Assembly (NCBI GenBank): GCA_038527215.1
Contig: JBCBGC010000007.1
Location: forward strand, 55,424-119,423
Reading direction: 5' to 3'
Length of the DNA stretch: 64,000 nucleotides
Origin: Bacteroidota bacterium
Lineage (GTDB): Bacteria > Bacteroidota > Bacteroidia > J057
The translations under genes and the position numbers were made by a program. The notes beneath the pieces are model-generated. The model saw nothing but the letters and a program-made list of their open reading frames with translations, was not told the DNA's origin and searched no databases. Positions 1-10,011 of the stretch are shown here, in pieces. Numbering within the stretch: position 1 is the first letter of the stretch; every line of letters begins with the position of its first letter.

Positions 1-588
1 GCAACTGCTTGATGTTCGTATAATCGATGCCTTCGCCTTCGTCATTGAAGTACTTGAGGGGCACCACCACTTTTTGCCATTCTTCATCAATCGCTACCCG
101 CTCAAAGTATTTGTTCGCGGTATAGCAAAAGGCCATGACCCCACTGTAATCCTCCAGGGTAAATACCATGGGCAAGCCAAAGGCCTTTCCTTCTTCGGTG
201 CGGACATACATTTGGAAAGCGGCATAGGGTAACAATGGCTCCAGGTTTTTGCCGGCATAATCATCCCAGCCCATCCCAAAACCAATCCACTCACAACCCT
301 GACGATTCCAACTTAGCAGGAGACTGGATTCTCCGGAATAGGTTACGTCGTGATTAAGCTCGAAACTTTTGCAACTATCGGATACGATGCCCCAGATATT
401 GAGGGTATCGTCCTGGAACAATAAAGGGGAGACCACCTGATCCACCGAAGTCGGAGGCAGAGGTTGGGGCTCCCTGGCATCCCCATCATAAAGAGCCAGG
501 GTGCGAAACTGCAGGCACCCGGCGAATAGGAGTAGAGAGCTGGCGAGCAGTAAGCTCACTTTAACATTTACAAGGGGCTTATTCATGA
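1..588 (-). CDS. Lipoprotein, partial; its 3' end runs off the window start
   Basis: My manual minus-strand translation from ATG (revcomp at 586-588) gives MNKPLVNVKVSLLLASSLLLFAGC..., a signal peptide plus lipobox Cys. The reading frame stays open to base 1. It is not in the ORF track because it is truncated. Confidence 0.45.
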
Positions 589-590
589 TC

Positions 591-1580
591 TTAGAGTTGC
601 AGTTCCTGGTCCTTGGTGAATGCTAAATAATCCAATCCGAAGCGGGTTTCTGTCGTAGAACCAGCGATAGAGATCAATAGCACCTGAAGGGCTACGATTC
701 TGTCCACTTCTGCTTCGGGTATACCTGTTTGAGCCATGGTAGGGAAGACATGACGCCATCCCCCATCTTCTATCTGTATGTCGCCTTCTATCTGATAGGA
801 TTTATCTACCCCATCCGTAAACTCTCCATCGTCATTGGTATCAGTGAAAAACTGAAATACTGCAATGGTTCCCGGCGTTCCATCTTCCCAGAGGAAGAAG
901 TTAAAGTAAAGGTCCTCGGGAATGGTGGTAGGGACGGTGAAATAAGTTTGGTTCTGGATGGAAGGAAAAATGCGAATCAGCCCAACAAAAGCGTTAGGCT
1001 CCAGAACCACATTGGTACCCTCCATGAGGTAGTACTTTTCTCCCTGAGCTGCGACGATATCATCTTGAATACCGGTACGCGGGGAGAAATCAAATTCGAA
1101 GTTTCCGAGGAAAATGCTGCTGCCCGGATCCGTTTCAAAATCCGTAATCAGGTTGGCATTATACACTTTGGTCCCAGCGGAATTAATCTCGATAGATACG
1201 GTCAGAGAATCTTCCTCCGGAATGATCAGAGATACATCACAAGGTTCAGCGCGGAAAAGCGGAAGCTGAGAAGTCGAACCGTCCCAGGTAGAATTGTCCT
1301 GGTTCAATTGGTTGTCGAAGCCTTCAATCAGTTTGACAGCTCCGCTGTTTTTACCGGTAATCTTCAGTACCCACTCAATTCTCTTACTGAATTGCGCGTT
1401 AAAATGCACCTTTTCACTGGCAGAGAAGTCAACCGTAGGAGCACTCGCAGTCAAGGTCTCTTTGATTTCAAATTCGCCGAAACGGTCAATCAAATCCGGG
1501 CCATCAAACTCATCCGTCTGGTGGTTACAGGCCATGAACAACATGACCATTAGCATAGATAATATTGGTAAGTATTTCAT
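591..1580 (-). CDS. Hypothetical lipoprotein
   Basis: N-terminus MKYLPILSMLMVMLFMACNHQ reads as signal peptide plus lipobox. It is tightly packed with the downstream and upstream minus-strand genes. I rejected the antisense ORF 729-1553. Confidence 0.6.
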   Translation of the reverse strand: MKYLPILSMLMVMLFMACNHQTDEFDGPDLIDRFGEFEIKETLTASAPTVDFSASEKVHFNAQFSKRIEWVLKITGKNSGAVKLIEGFDNQLNQDNSTWDGSTSQLPLFRAEPCDVSLIIPEEDSLTVSIEINSAGTKVYNANLITDFETDPGSSIFLGNFEFDFSPRTGIQDDIVAAQGEKYYLMEGTNVVLEPNAFVGLIRIFPSIQNQTYFTVPTTIPEDLYFNFFLWEDGTPGTIAVFQFFTDTNDDGEFTDGVDKSYQIEGDIQIEDGGWRHVFPTMAQTGIPEAEVDRIVALQVLLISIAGSTTETRFGLDYLAFTKDQELQL

Positions 1581-1591
1581 CAGGCTCAGGC

Positions 1592-3355
1592 TTAAAAGTT
1601 CATGTTGTAGAGGATAAAAATCTGGTCAATGCCATAGTCATTGGCCGCATCAGAAGCTCGGGAACCAGAGAAGCGCTCCCATTGAATATTGAGGTAGACG
1701 CCTTCTTTGAAGCGGTACCGGATGCCCGCAGCTAGCATACTTTCTGTATCATCTACGGTATATCGGGCCGGGAAGTCCCGCACTTCATTAAAACGCACGA
1801 TTTGAGGCAGGTAATCGCTGCCATTGGATGTCATATTTTTCAAGCCTACCAAGAGGTCCAGGCTCTCAATCAGTTCAAATTGCAGACCGGTCTCCAACAG
1901 GACATTAGTGAGGTCAATTTGCTGGATATCATTACCGCCTCTTGAAGCCTGCTCATATTGCAGTCCCAAGGTCAGGGTAATAGCTTCTTCCCGATTGATC
2001 CATTTGTGGATGTGGATATCAGACCAGAGTCGAGCCAGGTTGAAGGCCTTTAGTTCAAAGGTTCCCTGTCCCCGAATTTCGCTCATCCGCATCACTTGGG
2101 CCCCCACGTTCAGGGAGCTATCACTGGTGAAGAAGTCTCCTTCCAGGTAGAGCCCCCGACGGTTAGGCGTGGCCTGACCATAAGGCTGGGTAATCCCGAA
2201 GCGGGAGTCATAGGCCATCAGCACGTCAGACAGGCCAAAGGTGTAAATGCTCCTGTCCCGGTTGATGTCCCAAAGACTCAGTTGGCGGAAGCGCTTTTGA
2301 TTCCCGATGCGGTTGAAGGTCTCCAGACTACGGGTAAAATCTACTCTTTTGCTCTGAGCGCCAATGCTGAAAAAGTCAGGACCAATATTTCGGAAACCCA
2401 GTTTGATGTTCAGACGCTGGGGCACAAGGCTCAAAGCAAGGGCTCCGTCTCCAAAGGTATCATCCTTATCAAAGGTGAAAGCAGGGGTTTCGGGATCTAC
2501 CATATCCACTTCGCGAATAGAAGATTGTCCCATTTCTCCCACGAAATCCAGCGCCAGCTTTTTATTCTTAACAAGATGCAGATTCGCAGAGATCGTTTGT
2601 ACAGGGTTGCGGATGCCTGCGGTGAAATTCCCAATCGCCAGGGCGTCATAGGTATTCACGTAGGTTCCGGTCAGGCTTCCCCAGCGGTCGTTCACCAGTT
2701 CCACACTTCCTCCACCTACTAAGCGGCTGGGGAGGGTAAAGAAATCTGTTCCCCGAATCCGGGTCATAAAGCCCGTCAGATTGATCTCAGGCAAGATGGC
2801 TCCGGCGCTGAGCCCCAAATCAAAGCGAGCGCCCTGCATCCGCCGGGTGCCGTCTCCATTGTAGAATTGCTCATAGTCGATCAATTCCTGGCGCGCCTTG
2901 AAGATTTCCGGTTGGTGTACCGTACCTTCCTGCTGGACCTGGAATAAGGTATAAGGCGTCATTTTGAGATTCATGTCGCCTACGTGGTACTTGAAAATAT
3001 TGCCAGCCACGCCACGGGCAAACAACTCCCGCACCTCTACGGTCATTCCGGAACCGAAGAATCCGCCGAATTCATTTCTCAAACGGATTATACTTTGCAC
3101 CTCCGTTTGCTCATTGGGGGAGGCATTGACCTGGAGGTCAAGCAGAAACTCGCCATCCAGCAGATCGGTAGCGGTAGTCGTGTCAGTTTCAGCCAATGTG
3201 CCACCAAGGTTGGTACTTTGGATCAGTGTACGGCCCAGACCGTTTATACGGACGTTTTTGGGTAATTCCGTCTGACTCCATACACTCGACCCACTCATTC
3301 CCCATAGGAGGAAAAGGGCGAGCCCTGTTTTTAGGTAGTAGTGAGACCTTTTCAT
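1592..3355 (-). CDS. Outer-membrane beta-barrel protein (porin-like), function unknown
   Basis: It has a signal peptide and a C-terminal aromatic residue (…YNMNF). Sequence is rich in alternating amphipathic beta-strands. There is a 10-nt gap to the next gene. Confidence 0.5.
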   Translation of the reverse strand: MKRSHYYLKTGLALFLLWGMSGSSVWSQTELPKNVRINGLGRTLIQSTNLGGTLAETDTTTATDLLDGEFLLDLQVNASPNEQTEVQSIIRLRNEFGGFFGSGMTVEVRELFARGVAGNIFKYHVGDMNLKMTPYTLFQVQQEGTVHQPEIFKARQELIDYEQFYNGDGTRRMQGARFDLGLSAGAILPEINLTGFMTRIRGTDFFTLPSRLVGGGSVELVNDRWGSLTGTYVNTYDALAIGNFTAGIRNPVQTISANLHLVKNKKLALDFVGEMGQSSIREVDMVDPETPAFTFDKDDTFGDGALALSLVPQRLNIKLGFRNIGPDFFSIGAQSKRVDFTRSLETFNRIGNQKRFRQLSLWDINRDRSIYTFGLSDVLMAYDSRFGITQPYGQATPNRRGLYLEGDFFTSDSSLNVGAQVMRMSEIRGQGTFELKAFNLARLWSDIHIHKWINREEAITLTLGLQYEQASRGGNDIQQIDLTNVLLETGLQFELIESLDLLVGLKNMTSNGSDYLPQIVRFNEVRDFPARYTVDDTESMLAAGIRYRFKEGVYLNIQWERFSGSRASDAANDYGIDQIFILYNMNF

Positions 3356-3365
3356 GTATAGTTCT

Positions 3366-5360
3366 TTAGAAGAAAACTTTTAATTCAACAGTAGTTTCGT
3401 ATCCATTATATCGGTCAAGGACAAAGCTTCTGTCCTCAAAAGACATATAGCGCTGCCGTACGTAGAAAGCCGCATTTTTTGCCACGGTCCAATCGAAACC
3501 AAAGGCAATGGCCCGACCAAATTGATTGCGTGGCTGCAAGGTGCCGGAATCTCCCCATTCGGTATTTAACCCACCTTTGACATATTCCAATCCGCCATAT
3601 CCAGCCAGGATAAATCCAGGAAAGAGTTCGTAATACAGATCAAGTTCGTGGTAGGTAGCCTGCAGGTAGGCATCTTCTCTGTAGGTTGGGAAAAATCGCA
3701 CATCAGGAGAGGCTCCCATCCAGGAACCTAAGTAGAAGAGGTATAGGGGACGCTTAAATAATTCTGTGTGAAATTTACCCTGAACATCAAATGACTGGAA
3801 ATTCTTTATGGTCAGCGGGGCCAGGGTTTGAGGATCCACATCGGTAAGGGGCACGGTTTCAAAGGCTCCCCGGAAGAAAGTCGTAACCCGACCGTAAGGG
3901 CCTACGATGGTAGGTCCGGTGGCACCCGCCGGGAAAGGGTTGTAAATCCGTGAAAGAGCCAGACCATTGATCCGGTGGACAAAAGAAAGCTGGTTGCTCA
4001 GGGTATCAAGTTCCCGGGCGATGCCCCAACCAAGGTTTATGCCGAGTGGGCCTAACCTCGCTTCCGTATTCAGGTTGATCCCCCGCCGGTTATGCACCAA
4101 CTGTCCAACCTGGGTCAGGACGCCGCCGGCCGAGGGCTGGCCCACCTGATTCGGTCCCGTGGTGGCTTGCTGGATTTCAGGATTTGAGAAGGTTTGAATC
4201 TCCCCATTATCGTTATAGAAATTCTTGCCGATTTGGTAGAGTTGCACATCTAAGGGCAGGAAGGTGTAGTCTTTAGGAATCCCGATTTTCACCATGCCGA
4301 CCTCTCCATAGCGCTTTTCCTCTCCCGGTAAGGCATAGTTCCCTACCCCAATCTCTCCACTAATATGGAGTTTGGCTGGTTGAAACAGGAATTGCAGGGT
4401 ATGCAAGGCATAGGTTTGCACCGGAAAGGGTAGGCTGTCATTGGCCAATCGGGTTGGGGAAATCCGCTGGCGATTGTAGAGCGTGTTATACGCTATGAAA
4501 TTGTTGCCAAAGTCCTTCTTCAAGCGGAAGCCTGTCATAGAACTGGGGACGAAGCGGTTCAACCCGGCAAAGCCCGCATAGGTAGGGACATTCCCTGCTA
4601 CGCCCGGATTAACGATGGTGGCCAGTGGATCGGTTTGACCATTGAGTAAGCCCCCATTCACCTGAGATTTTCCGAACAGAAAAGCAAAGGATAAACGGCC
4701 TGGAAGGGAACCCCCTTCTACAATCAGGCCTTGGAAGGCTCGGTTATTCCACCGAACGTCCCGGCTAATCGCGCCGGTCTCAAAGTAGCTTTGGTACTTC
4801 TCCGTTCCATTTACCCCTTCCCAGGGAGTCCGGTCAAAAATGCTGAAGCGGTCGATCACCTGGAAGATGCCCATGGTAAAAGGGCTCATCGCGTACCAGT
4901 GAATACCGCCAGCCCTTACGCCAAACTTGCCAAATTTCGTCCGGAAGTTACCGTAGAAATTTAGCCCCAGGTTCATGGTAAGCACATTGCCTTCTGTCGT
5001 CCCGTCATTATAAGGCGTGAAGACAAATAATTCAGTGGCAAAGCTAGACTTGCCATTGGGTCGACCACTCACAAACATGGATAACATCGGTTCCCGATAG
5101 CCGTCTCCTACCCCGATGGATCGCTCGTAAGGAGCTAGATTCGGATAAGGCTCCGACATATCCCGGCCATAGCCGAAAAAGCGGTAATAACCTGTAACAC
5201 TTAGTTTTTTGAGAGGGACCTCTCGAAGGACGGAATCTCCCCTGGGGCTGAGATAGCCATCCGGAAGGGAAATGTCGTTGTCATTTTGCCCGAGTAGCGG
5301 AGCAGAAATGCTCAGCAGAACCAGGCATAATGTAACCTTTAAAAGCAGTAGTAATCGCAT
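3366..5360 (-). CDS. Outer-membrane beta-barrel protein, function unknown
   Basis: Signal peptide MRLLLLLKVTLCLVLLSISAPLLGQ, and the C-terminus ends …LKVFF. It is Gly/Tyr/Asn-rich as in beta-barrels. Confidence 0.5.
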   Translation of the reverse strand: MRLLLLLKVTLCLVLLSISAPLLGQNDNDISLPDGYLSPRGDSVLREVPLKKLSVTGYYRFFGYGRDMSEPYPNLAPYERSIGVGDGYREPMLSMFVSGRPNGKSSFATELFVFTPYNDGTTEGNVLTMNLGLNFYGNFRTKFGKFGVRAGGIHWYAMSPFTMGIFQVIDRFSIFDRTPWEGVNGTEKYQSYFETGAISRDVRWNNRAFQGLIVEGGSLPGRLSFAFLFGKSQVNGGLLNGQTDPLATIVNPGVAGNVPTYAGFAGLNRFVPSSMTGFRLKKDFGNNFIAYNTLYNRQRISPTRLANDSLPFPVQTYALHTLQFLFQPAKLHISGEIGVGNYALPGEEKRYGEVGMVKIGIPKDYTFLPLDVQLYQIGKNFYNDNGEIQTFSNPEIQQATTGPNQVGQPSAGGVLTQVGQLVHNRRGINLNTEARLGPLGINLGWGIARELDTLSNQLSFVHRINGLALSRIYNPFPAGATGPTIVGPYGRVTTFFRGAFETVPLTDVDPQTLAPLTIKNFQSFDVQGKFHTELFKRPLYLFYLGSWMGASPDVRFFPTYREDAYLQATYHELDLYYELFPGFILAGYGGLEYVKGGLNTEWGDSGTLQPRNQFGRAIAFGFDWTVAKNAAFYVRQRYMSFEDRSFVLDRYNGYETTVELKVFF

Positions 5361-5620
5361 AACAACTAGAGGTAAGTTACGCCAGTATGTAACCAGTCTG
5401 TAAGGTAGAAGGTGTAGAATCCAATGCGAAATAATACACTACATCACCATTGCATCAGCAGTGATTTTTTATTACATCATGACTACATCATCCTCATATT
5501 TACTTGCCTTTAGAAACCATATAGGCTATTTTTTGTTTACATATTAGAAAATTCTAATTGCTCACTTTTGATTTACTTAATTGAATATTTATTCCTATTT
5601 TTCGAATTAATAATCTTCTC
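5361..5620. promoter_or_regulatory. AT-rich divergent intergenic region, likely carrying promoters for both flanking transcription units
   Basis: This is a 260-nt AT-rich spacer between divergent genes. It has several TTTG-containing A/T tracts reminiscent of the Bacteroidota -7 element, but I found no exact consensus. Confidence 0.3.
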
Positions 5621-6952
5621 ATGAGATATCTACTACTTAGCTGTGTATTCATTATGATGGGGTATGCTACTACCCAGGCTCAAGCCCCTCAAGGGCCCAT
5701 CAAAGTTGAAATCCGCAAAAACGGTACTAGCTGGCAAATCCTCCGGGATGGGAAGCCCTATTACGTTAGAGGCGTAGGTGGCCAGGTCTACATGGACAAG
5801 GCCAAAGCATACGGCGCCAATTCGGTCCGCACCTGGGCTGCCGCAGATGCTTCCCAAATTCTGGATGAAGCGCATGAACTCGGGTTGTCCGTCTTGTTCG
5901 GACTATGGGTCGGACAGGAACGTCAGGGATTCGACTATGATGATGGCAAAGCGGTAAAGGCCCAATTCGAAAATTTCAAAAATATCGTACAGACCTATAA
6001 AGACCACCCGGCTATTCTGATGTGGGGAATCGGTAATGAGAACGATTTGATGTACTCAGATTATAAGGTTTGGAATGCCATCAATGATATCGCGAAAATG
6101 ATCCACGAGGAAGATCCCAATCATCCTACCATGACGGTAACCGCGGGCATTGACGTAGCGGAAGTGCAGTTGATCAAGGAAAGAGCGCCTCATATTGATG
6201 TATATGGCATCAATACCTACGGGGGCTTGATCGGCATTGACAAAGAGATCAGAAGCTACGGATGGGATGGTCCTTATATGATCACCGAATGGGGACCCAA
6301 TGGCCACTGGGAGGTCCCAACCACCGAATGGGGAGCTCCGATTGAGCAAACCAGCAGCGTCAAGGCTGACAAATACAAGGAGCGCTACCAGAAAGGCATC
6401 GCCAACGATCCTGAAATGTGTGTGGGTTCTTATGTGTTCCAGTGGGGACAAAAACAGGAAACCACGCCCACCTGGTACGGCGTATTCCTAAATACCGGCG
6501 AAGAAACTGAGGTAATGGACAATTTGGAGTACCTGTGGACCGGCAGATACCCCAACAATCGCTCTCCTCATATCTATTCCCTGAAGATTGACAATAAAAA
6601 TGCCTACGAAAGTGTCTACATTAAACCAGGGAAGCCTTATACCATCGTAGCAGATGTAAAAGATCCTGATAATGATGAGATGACCTACCATTGGCAAATC
6701 CTTGAATCAGAATTTGGGCTGACCGGTAGTGGGGGTGATGCAGAGAAATCGCCTGATCCGGTGAAAATCCGCTATGACAAAAACACCAAAGATATTGTTT
6801 CGGCTGACGAAAAGTGGCTCAAAATTAAGGATACCGGAACGCTGATGTTCAAAGCGCCTACCAAACCCGGTGCTTACCGCTTTTTTGTTTACGCCAAAGA
6901 CGGTAATGGCAATGTAGCAACGGCAAACATTCCTTTCTATGTAAAGCGATAA
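5621..6952 (+). CDS. Clan GH-A (GH5-like TIM-barrel) glycoside hydrolase with C-terminal beta-sandwich domain, secreted
   Basis: It has a signal peptide. Motifs seen are YGANSVRTW, MWGIGNEND (acid/base Glu in an NE motif) and MITEWG (nucleophile Glu), which are typical of clan GH-A. Confidence 0.55.
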   Translation: MRYLLLSCVFIMMGYATTQAQAPQGPIKVEIRKNGTSWQILRDGKPYYVRGVGGQVYMDKAKAYGANSVRTWAAADASQILDEAHELGLSVLFGLWVGQERQGFDYDDGKAVKAQFENFKNIVQTYKDHPAILMWGIGNENDLMYSDYKVWNAINDIAKMIHEEDPNHPTMTVTAGIDVAEVQLIKERAPHIDVYGINTYGGLIGIDKEIRSYGWDGPYMITEWGPNGHWEVPTTEWGAPIEQTSSVKADKYKERYQKGIANDPEMCVGSYVFQWGQKQETTPTWYGVFLNTGEETEVMDNLEYLWTGRYPNNRSPHIYSLKIDNKNAYESVYIKPGKPYTIVADVKDPDNDEMTYHWQILESEFGLTGSGGDAEKSPDPVKIRYDKNTKDIVSADEKWLKIKDTGTLMFKAPTKPGAYRFFVYAKDGNGNVATANIPFYVKR

Positions 6953-6958
6953 TATCTC

Positions 6959-9898
6959 ATGCAGCTCCGAAGGACGCTACTACTGATCTTCATGCTTAGC
7001 TTAGGATATGGGCAGGCCCAGGAAAACCAAATGGGCCTGCCTCCTATCGTTAATTACAATAAGCAGGATTATAAGGCTGAAACCCAGAACTGGGAAGTAG
7101 TAGAAGACCATCGGGGCTTGATGTACTTTGGAAATAACGCAGGCCTGCTGGAGTTTGATGGGACCAACTGGCAGACCTACCCTTTGCCCAATCAATCCAT
7201 CGTCCGATCGCTGACCCACGATACCCTGGGTCGGATTTGGGTGGGAGGTCAATACGAGCTGGGGTATTTTGAACCCGGAGAAAGAGGCATCCTTTCCTAT
7301 AACTCCCTGGTAGATCAAATCCCTGCCGACTATCGCAACTTTGAGGATGTGTGGGATATTTTCCACACGCCTATGGGAACCTTTTACGGCTGCCGGAAAT
7401 TTATCTTCCACCACAAGGAGGATCAAATTAATGTCCTCCAAACCCCTCAGCACTATAATGGTCTGCATTATACCGGAAACAGCCTCCTCGTAGCCGAATA
7501 TGGCAGCGGGTTGAAAATCTGGGAAGATGGCAAGCTCCGTTTGTTACCTGGGGGAGATTTTTTCGCGAATATGATGGTAAAAGGCATCCTTGCCATCGGC
7601 GAAAATCAGTTGTTAGTTGCCACCTACGAGCAAGGTATTTACACCTGTCGCAATGGAAAAATCGAAGCCTGGGCACCCGTCCTCCAGGATTTCTTGCAAG
7701 AAAACCGTATTTATTGTTTGCTTGAGTTGGAACAAGGTCAGCTCGCCATCGGAACCTCCCATCACGGGCTCCTGATTACCGACCAAAACGGTCAACCCAT
7801 CATCAACCTCCATCGGCAAAACGGCTTGCAAAACAATTCCATCTTGAGTGTTCATCAAGATCGGAGCCGCAACCTTTGGCTGGGGATGGAAAATGGCATT
7901 TCCTACGTCGAATTTAGCTCCCCTTTTTCCTGGATCAACTCTGTGATGGGGGTTTTTGGGGCAGGTTATGGCTCTATTGTTTTTGAAGACAAACTCTATC
8001 TGGCCACCAATCAGGGCATTTTTTATCGAAAATGGAACGGTCCTCCTACCACCGTCTTTCCCCTCCAATTCACGCTGCTTCCCGAAAGTAAAGGCCCCAG
8101 TTGGTCCCTTCAGGAAGTAGAAGGAGAACTCATCGTCGGACGACATGCTGGTCCTCACACCCTGCAAAACAACCGGCTCGCTGGTATGGATGCGCATGAG
8201 GGAGCCTGGAAACTCATGGCCCTGGAACAGCATCCTGGATTTGCCGTGGAAGGTAGTTATGAAGGCTTATGGCTGTATGAGAAAAAAGAGGGCCGGTGGC
8301 AGATGGCGGGTAGATTACCCGGATTTACCGAATCTTCCCGCGTGATGGAAGAGGACGGCGCAGGCCATCTTTGGGTTTCTCATCCTTACCTTGGCGTCTA
8401 TCGCTTGCATCTAGACCTGGCGGCCCGACAAATCAGCCGGATTGACACCTTTAATTCGGCCCATGGACTCCCTTCGGACCTCTCCATCAATGTGGCTAAA
8501 ATCAAAGGCAGGATTTTATTTACGACCGAAAAAGGAATTTATGAATTTGATGAAGCAGGCAAATCTTTTGTGATCCATGAAGGCTTCCGTTCCTTATTCG
8601 GCCTGGATACCTACATTCATCGACTGATCGAGGATGAGACGGGCACTATCTGGTATGCCACGGAAGAGGAATTTGGCATCCTAAAAATCAGAGATCAAAC
8701 CGTCCAAAAACAGGTAGAGAAACTCCCTTTTAACCTGCTACAAAATCAACTGGTCAAAGGCTTCGAACATATTTATTCACCTGATCAGAAGCACGTCTTC
8801 ATTGGCACCGACAATGGTTTCATCCTATACAACCCTCAAAAGGCAACCGAAAGCCCCTCTCTGCTGCCAGTGTACGTCAGGAAGGTAGAACTGACAGGAG
8901 AAAATGATTCCTTGATTTTTGGGGGAAACATCGCTATCGCCTCCCTGGCAGATGGTCAGGATCAAGGCCGGTATGAGTTCCCTGCTACCGCCAATAGTTT
9001 TCGATTCTCCTATTCCGCAGCTTTTTATGAAGGAATCAATGAAATAAAGTACCAGTATTTCCTTTCCGGTCAGGACAAAGCCTGGTCCGCATGGACCCAT
9101 AAAACCGAGAAAGAGTACACCAACCTGGAGCCGGGGCTCTATACCTTTCAGGTCAAGGCCCGCAATATCTACAGCCTGGAAAGCGAGATCGCCTCCTTCT
9201 CTTTTCAAATTCTCCCGCCCTGGTACCAAACCTCCCTGGCCAGAACCTTTTTTTTCCTGCTGATCATCGGCATGGCTTTGGGACTTATCTGGCTGAATGG
9301 CTACCGACTCAGGCTACGGACAGAAGCCATACGCCTCAAACAGGAAAAAGCGCTGCAACGCAAGCAACAGGAATTTAAAGAAGAAGTTCAACGCTCCGAG
9401 GCGGAAATCATTCGCTTACGAAATGAGAAACTTCAGGCAGAGGTCATTCACAAAAACCAGGAACTGGCTTCTTCTACCATGCACCTGGTGCAGAAAGGCG
9501 AGATTTTGTTAAAAATCAAACAGCAGCTGGAAAAGCCGCCTTTTGACAGCCAACCGGACATCCGCCAGAAAGTACGACAGATCACCCGCATGATTGAAGA
9601 TGACATCCGCCTGGACAAAAACTGGAAACAGTTTGAATATCACTTCGACCAGGTTCACGGTCATTTTCTCCAAAATCTTCGGGAAGTGTACCCCGGCCTT
9701 ACTTCCAAGGACCAGCGGCTCTGTGCTTATCTGAAAATGAACCTTTCCACCAAGGAAATCGCTCAGCTGATGAACATCTCTGTGAGAGGGGTAGAAATCA
9801 GTCGATATCGCCTCCGCAAAAAGCTCGCTTTGCCCCGGGAAACCAACCTCAATGAATTCATGATGCGTTTCCCTCAGCCTGAGCTTTCCAAACTTTAA
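6959..9898 (+). CDS. Transmembrane one-component regulator: two-component-regulator propeller repeats + Y_Y_Y domain + TM + coiled coil + LuxR-type HTH
   Basis: N-terminal repeated propeller motifs are present (…GLMYFGNNAGLLEFDGTNWQTY…, …WLGMENGISYVEF…). A Y_Y_Y-like region reads YQYFLSGQDKAWSAW…YTFQVKARN, followed by a TM segment FFFLLIIGMALGLIWL. The C-terminal HTH is LSTKEIAQLMNISVRGVEISRYRLRKKL. I see no HisKA or HATPase. Confidence 0.7.
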   Translation: MQLRRTLLLIFMLSLGYGQAQENQMGLPPIVNYNKQDYKAETQNWEVVEDHRGLMYFGNNAGLLEFDGTNWQTYPLPNQSIVRSLTHDTLGRIWVGGQYELGYFEPGERGILSYNSLVDQIPADYRNFEDVWDIFHTPMGTFYGCRKFIFHHKEDQINVLQTPQHYNGLHYTGNSLLVAEYGSGLKIWEDGKLRLLPGGDFFANMMVKGILAIGENQLLVATYEQGIYTCRNGKIEAWAPVLQDFLQENRIYCLLELEQGQLAIGTSHHGLLITDQNGQPIINLHRQNGLQNNSILSVHQDRSRNLWLGMENGISYVEFSSPFSWINSVMGVFGAGYGSIVFEDKLYLATNQGIFYRKWNGPPTTVFPLQFTLLPESKGPSWSLQEVEGELIVGRHAGPHTLQNNRLAGMDAHEGAWKLMALEQHPGFAVEGSYEGLWLYEKKEGRWQMAGRLPGFTESSRVMEEDGAGHLWVSHPYLGVYRLHLDLAARQISRIDTFNSAHGLPSDLSINVAKIKGRILFTTEKGIYEFDEAGKSFVIHEGFRSLFGLDTYIHRLIEDETGTIWYATEEEFGILKIRDQTVQKQVEKLPFNLLQNQLVKGFEHIYSPDQKHVFIGTDNGFILYNPQKATESPSLLPVYVRKVELTGENDSLIFGGNIAIASLADGQDQGRYEFPATANSFRFSYSAAFYEGINEIKYQYFLSGQDKAWSAWTHKTEKEYTNLEPGLYTFQVKARNIYSLESEIASFSFQILPPWYQTSLARTFFFLLIIGMALGLIWLNGYRLRLRTEAIRLKQEKALQRKQQEFKEEVQRSEAEIIRLRNEKLQAEVIHKNQELASSTMHLVQKGEILLKIKQQLEKPPFDSQPDIRQKVRQITRMIEDDIRLDKNWKQFEYHFDQVHGHFLQNLREVYPGLTSKDQRLCAYLKMNLSTKEIAQLMNISVRGVEISRYRLRKKLALPRETNLNEFMMRFPQPELSKL

Positions 9899-10011
9899 GA
9901 TTCTTTTAACACTTATTTCGAAGGGAAAATTTTCGGAATTGGGGTGCCCGCTCTATATTGCGGGCCATGAATCCCCTCTGCTGCCTGTGTGCCGAAAAGT
10001 TCCGTTGAGAC

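Noticed and set aside
729-1553. 274-aa plus-strand ORF
   Set aside because: It is antisense to a minus-strand lipoprotein gene that has a clean signal peptide and lipobox, and it has no features of its own.
5361-5620. Exact Bacteroidota TAnnTTTG -7 boxes in the divergent promoter region
   Set aside because: Several near-matches occur (ctaTTTTTTG, cacTTTTG), but none fits the consensus spacing exactly. The region is reported only as a generic AT-rich promoter region.
9928-9960. Hairpin GCCCGC-tctatatt-GCGGGC downstream of the regulator gene, as a terminator
   Set aside because: No T-run follows it, so it could equally be an attenuator or RNA-stability element for the DUF58 leader. The evidence is too weak to call a feature.
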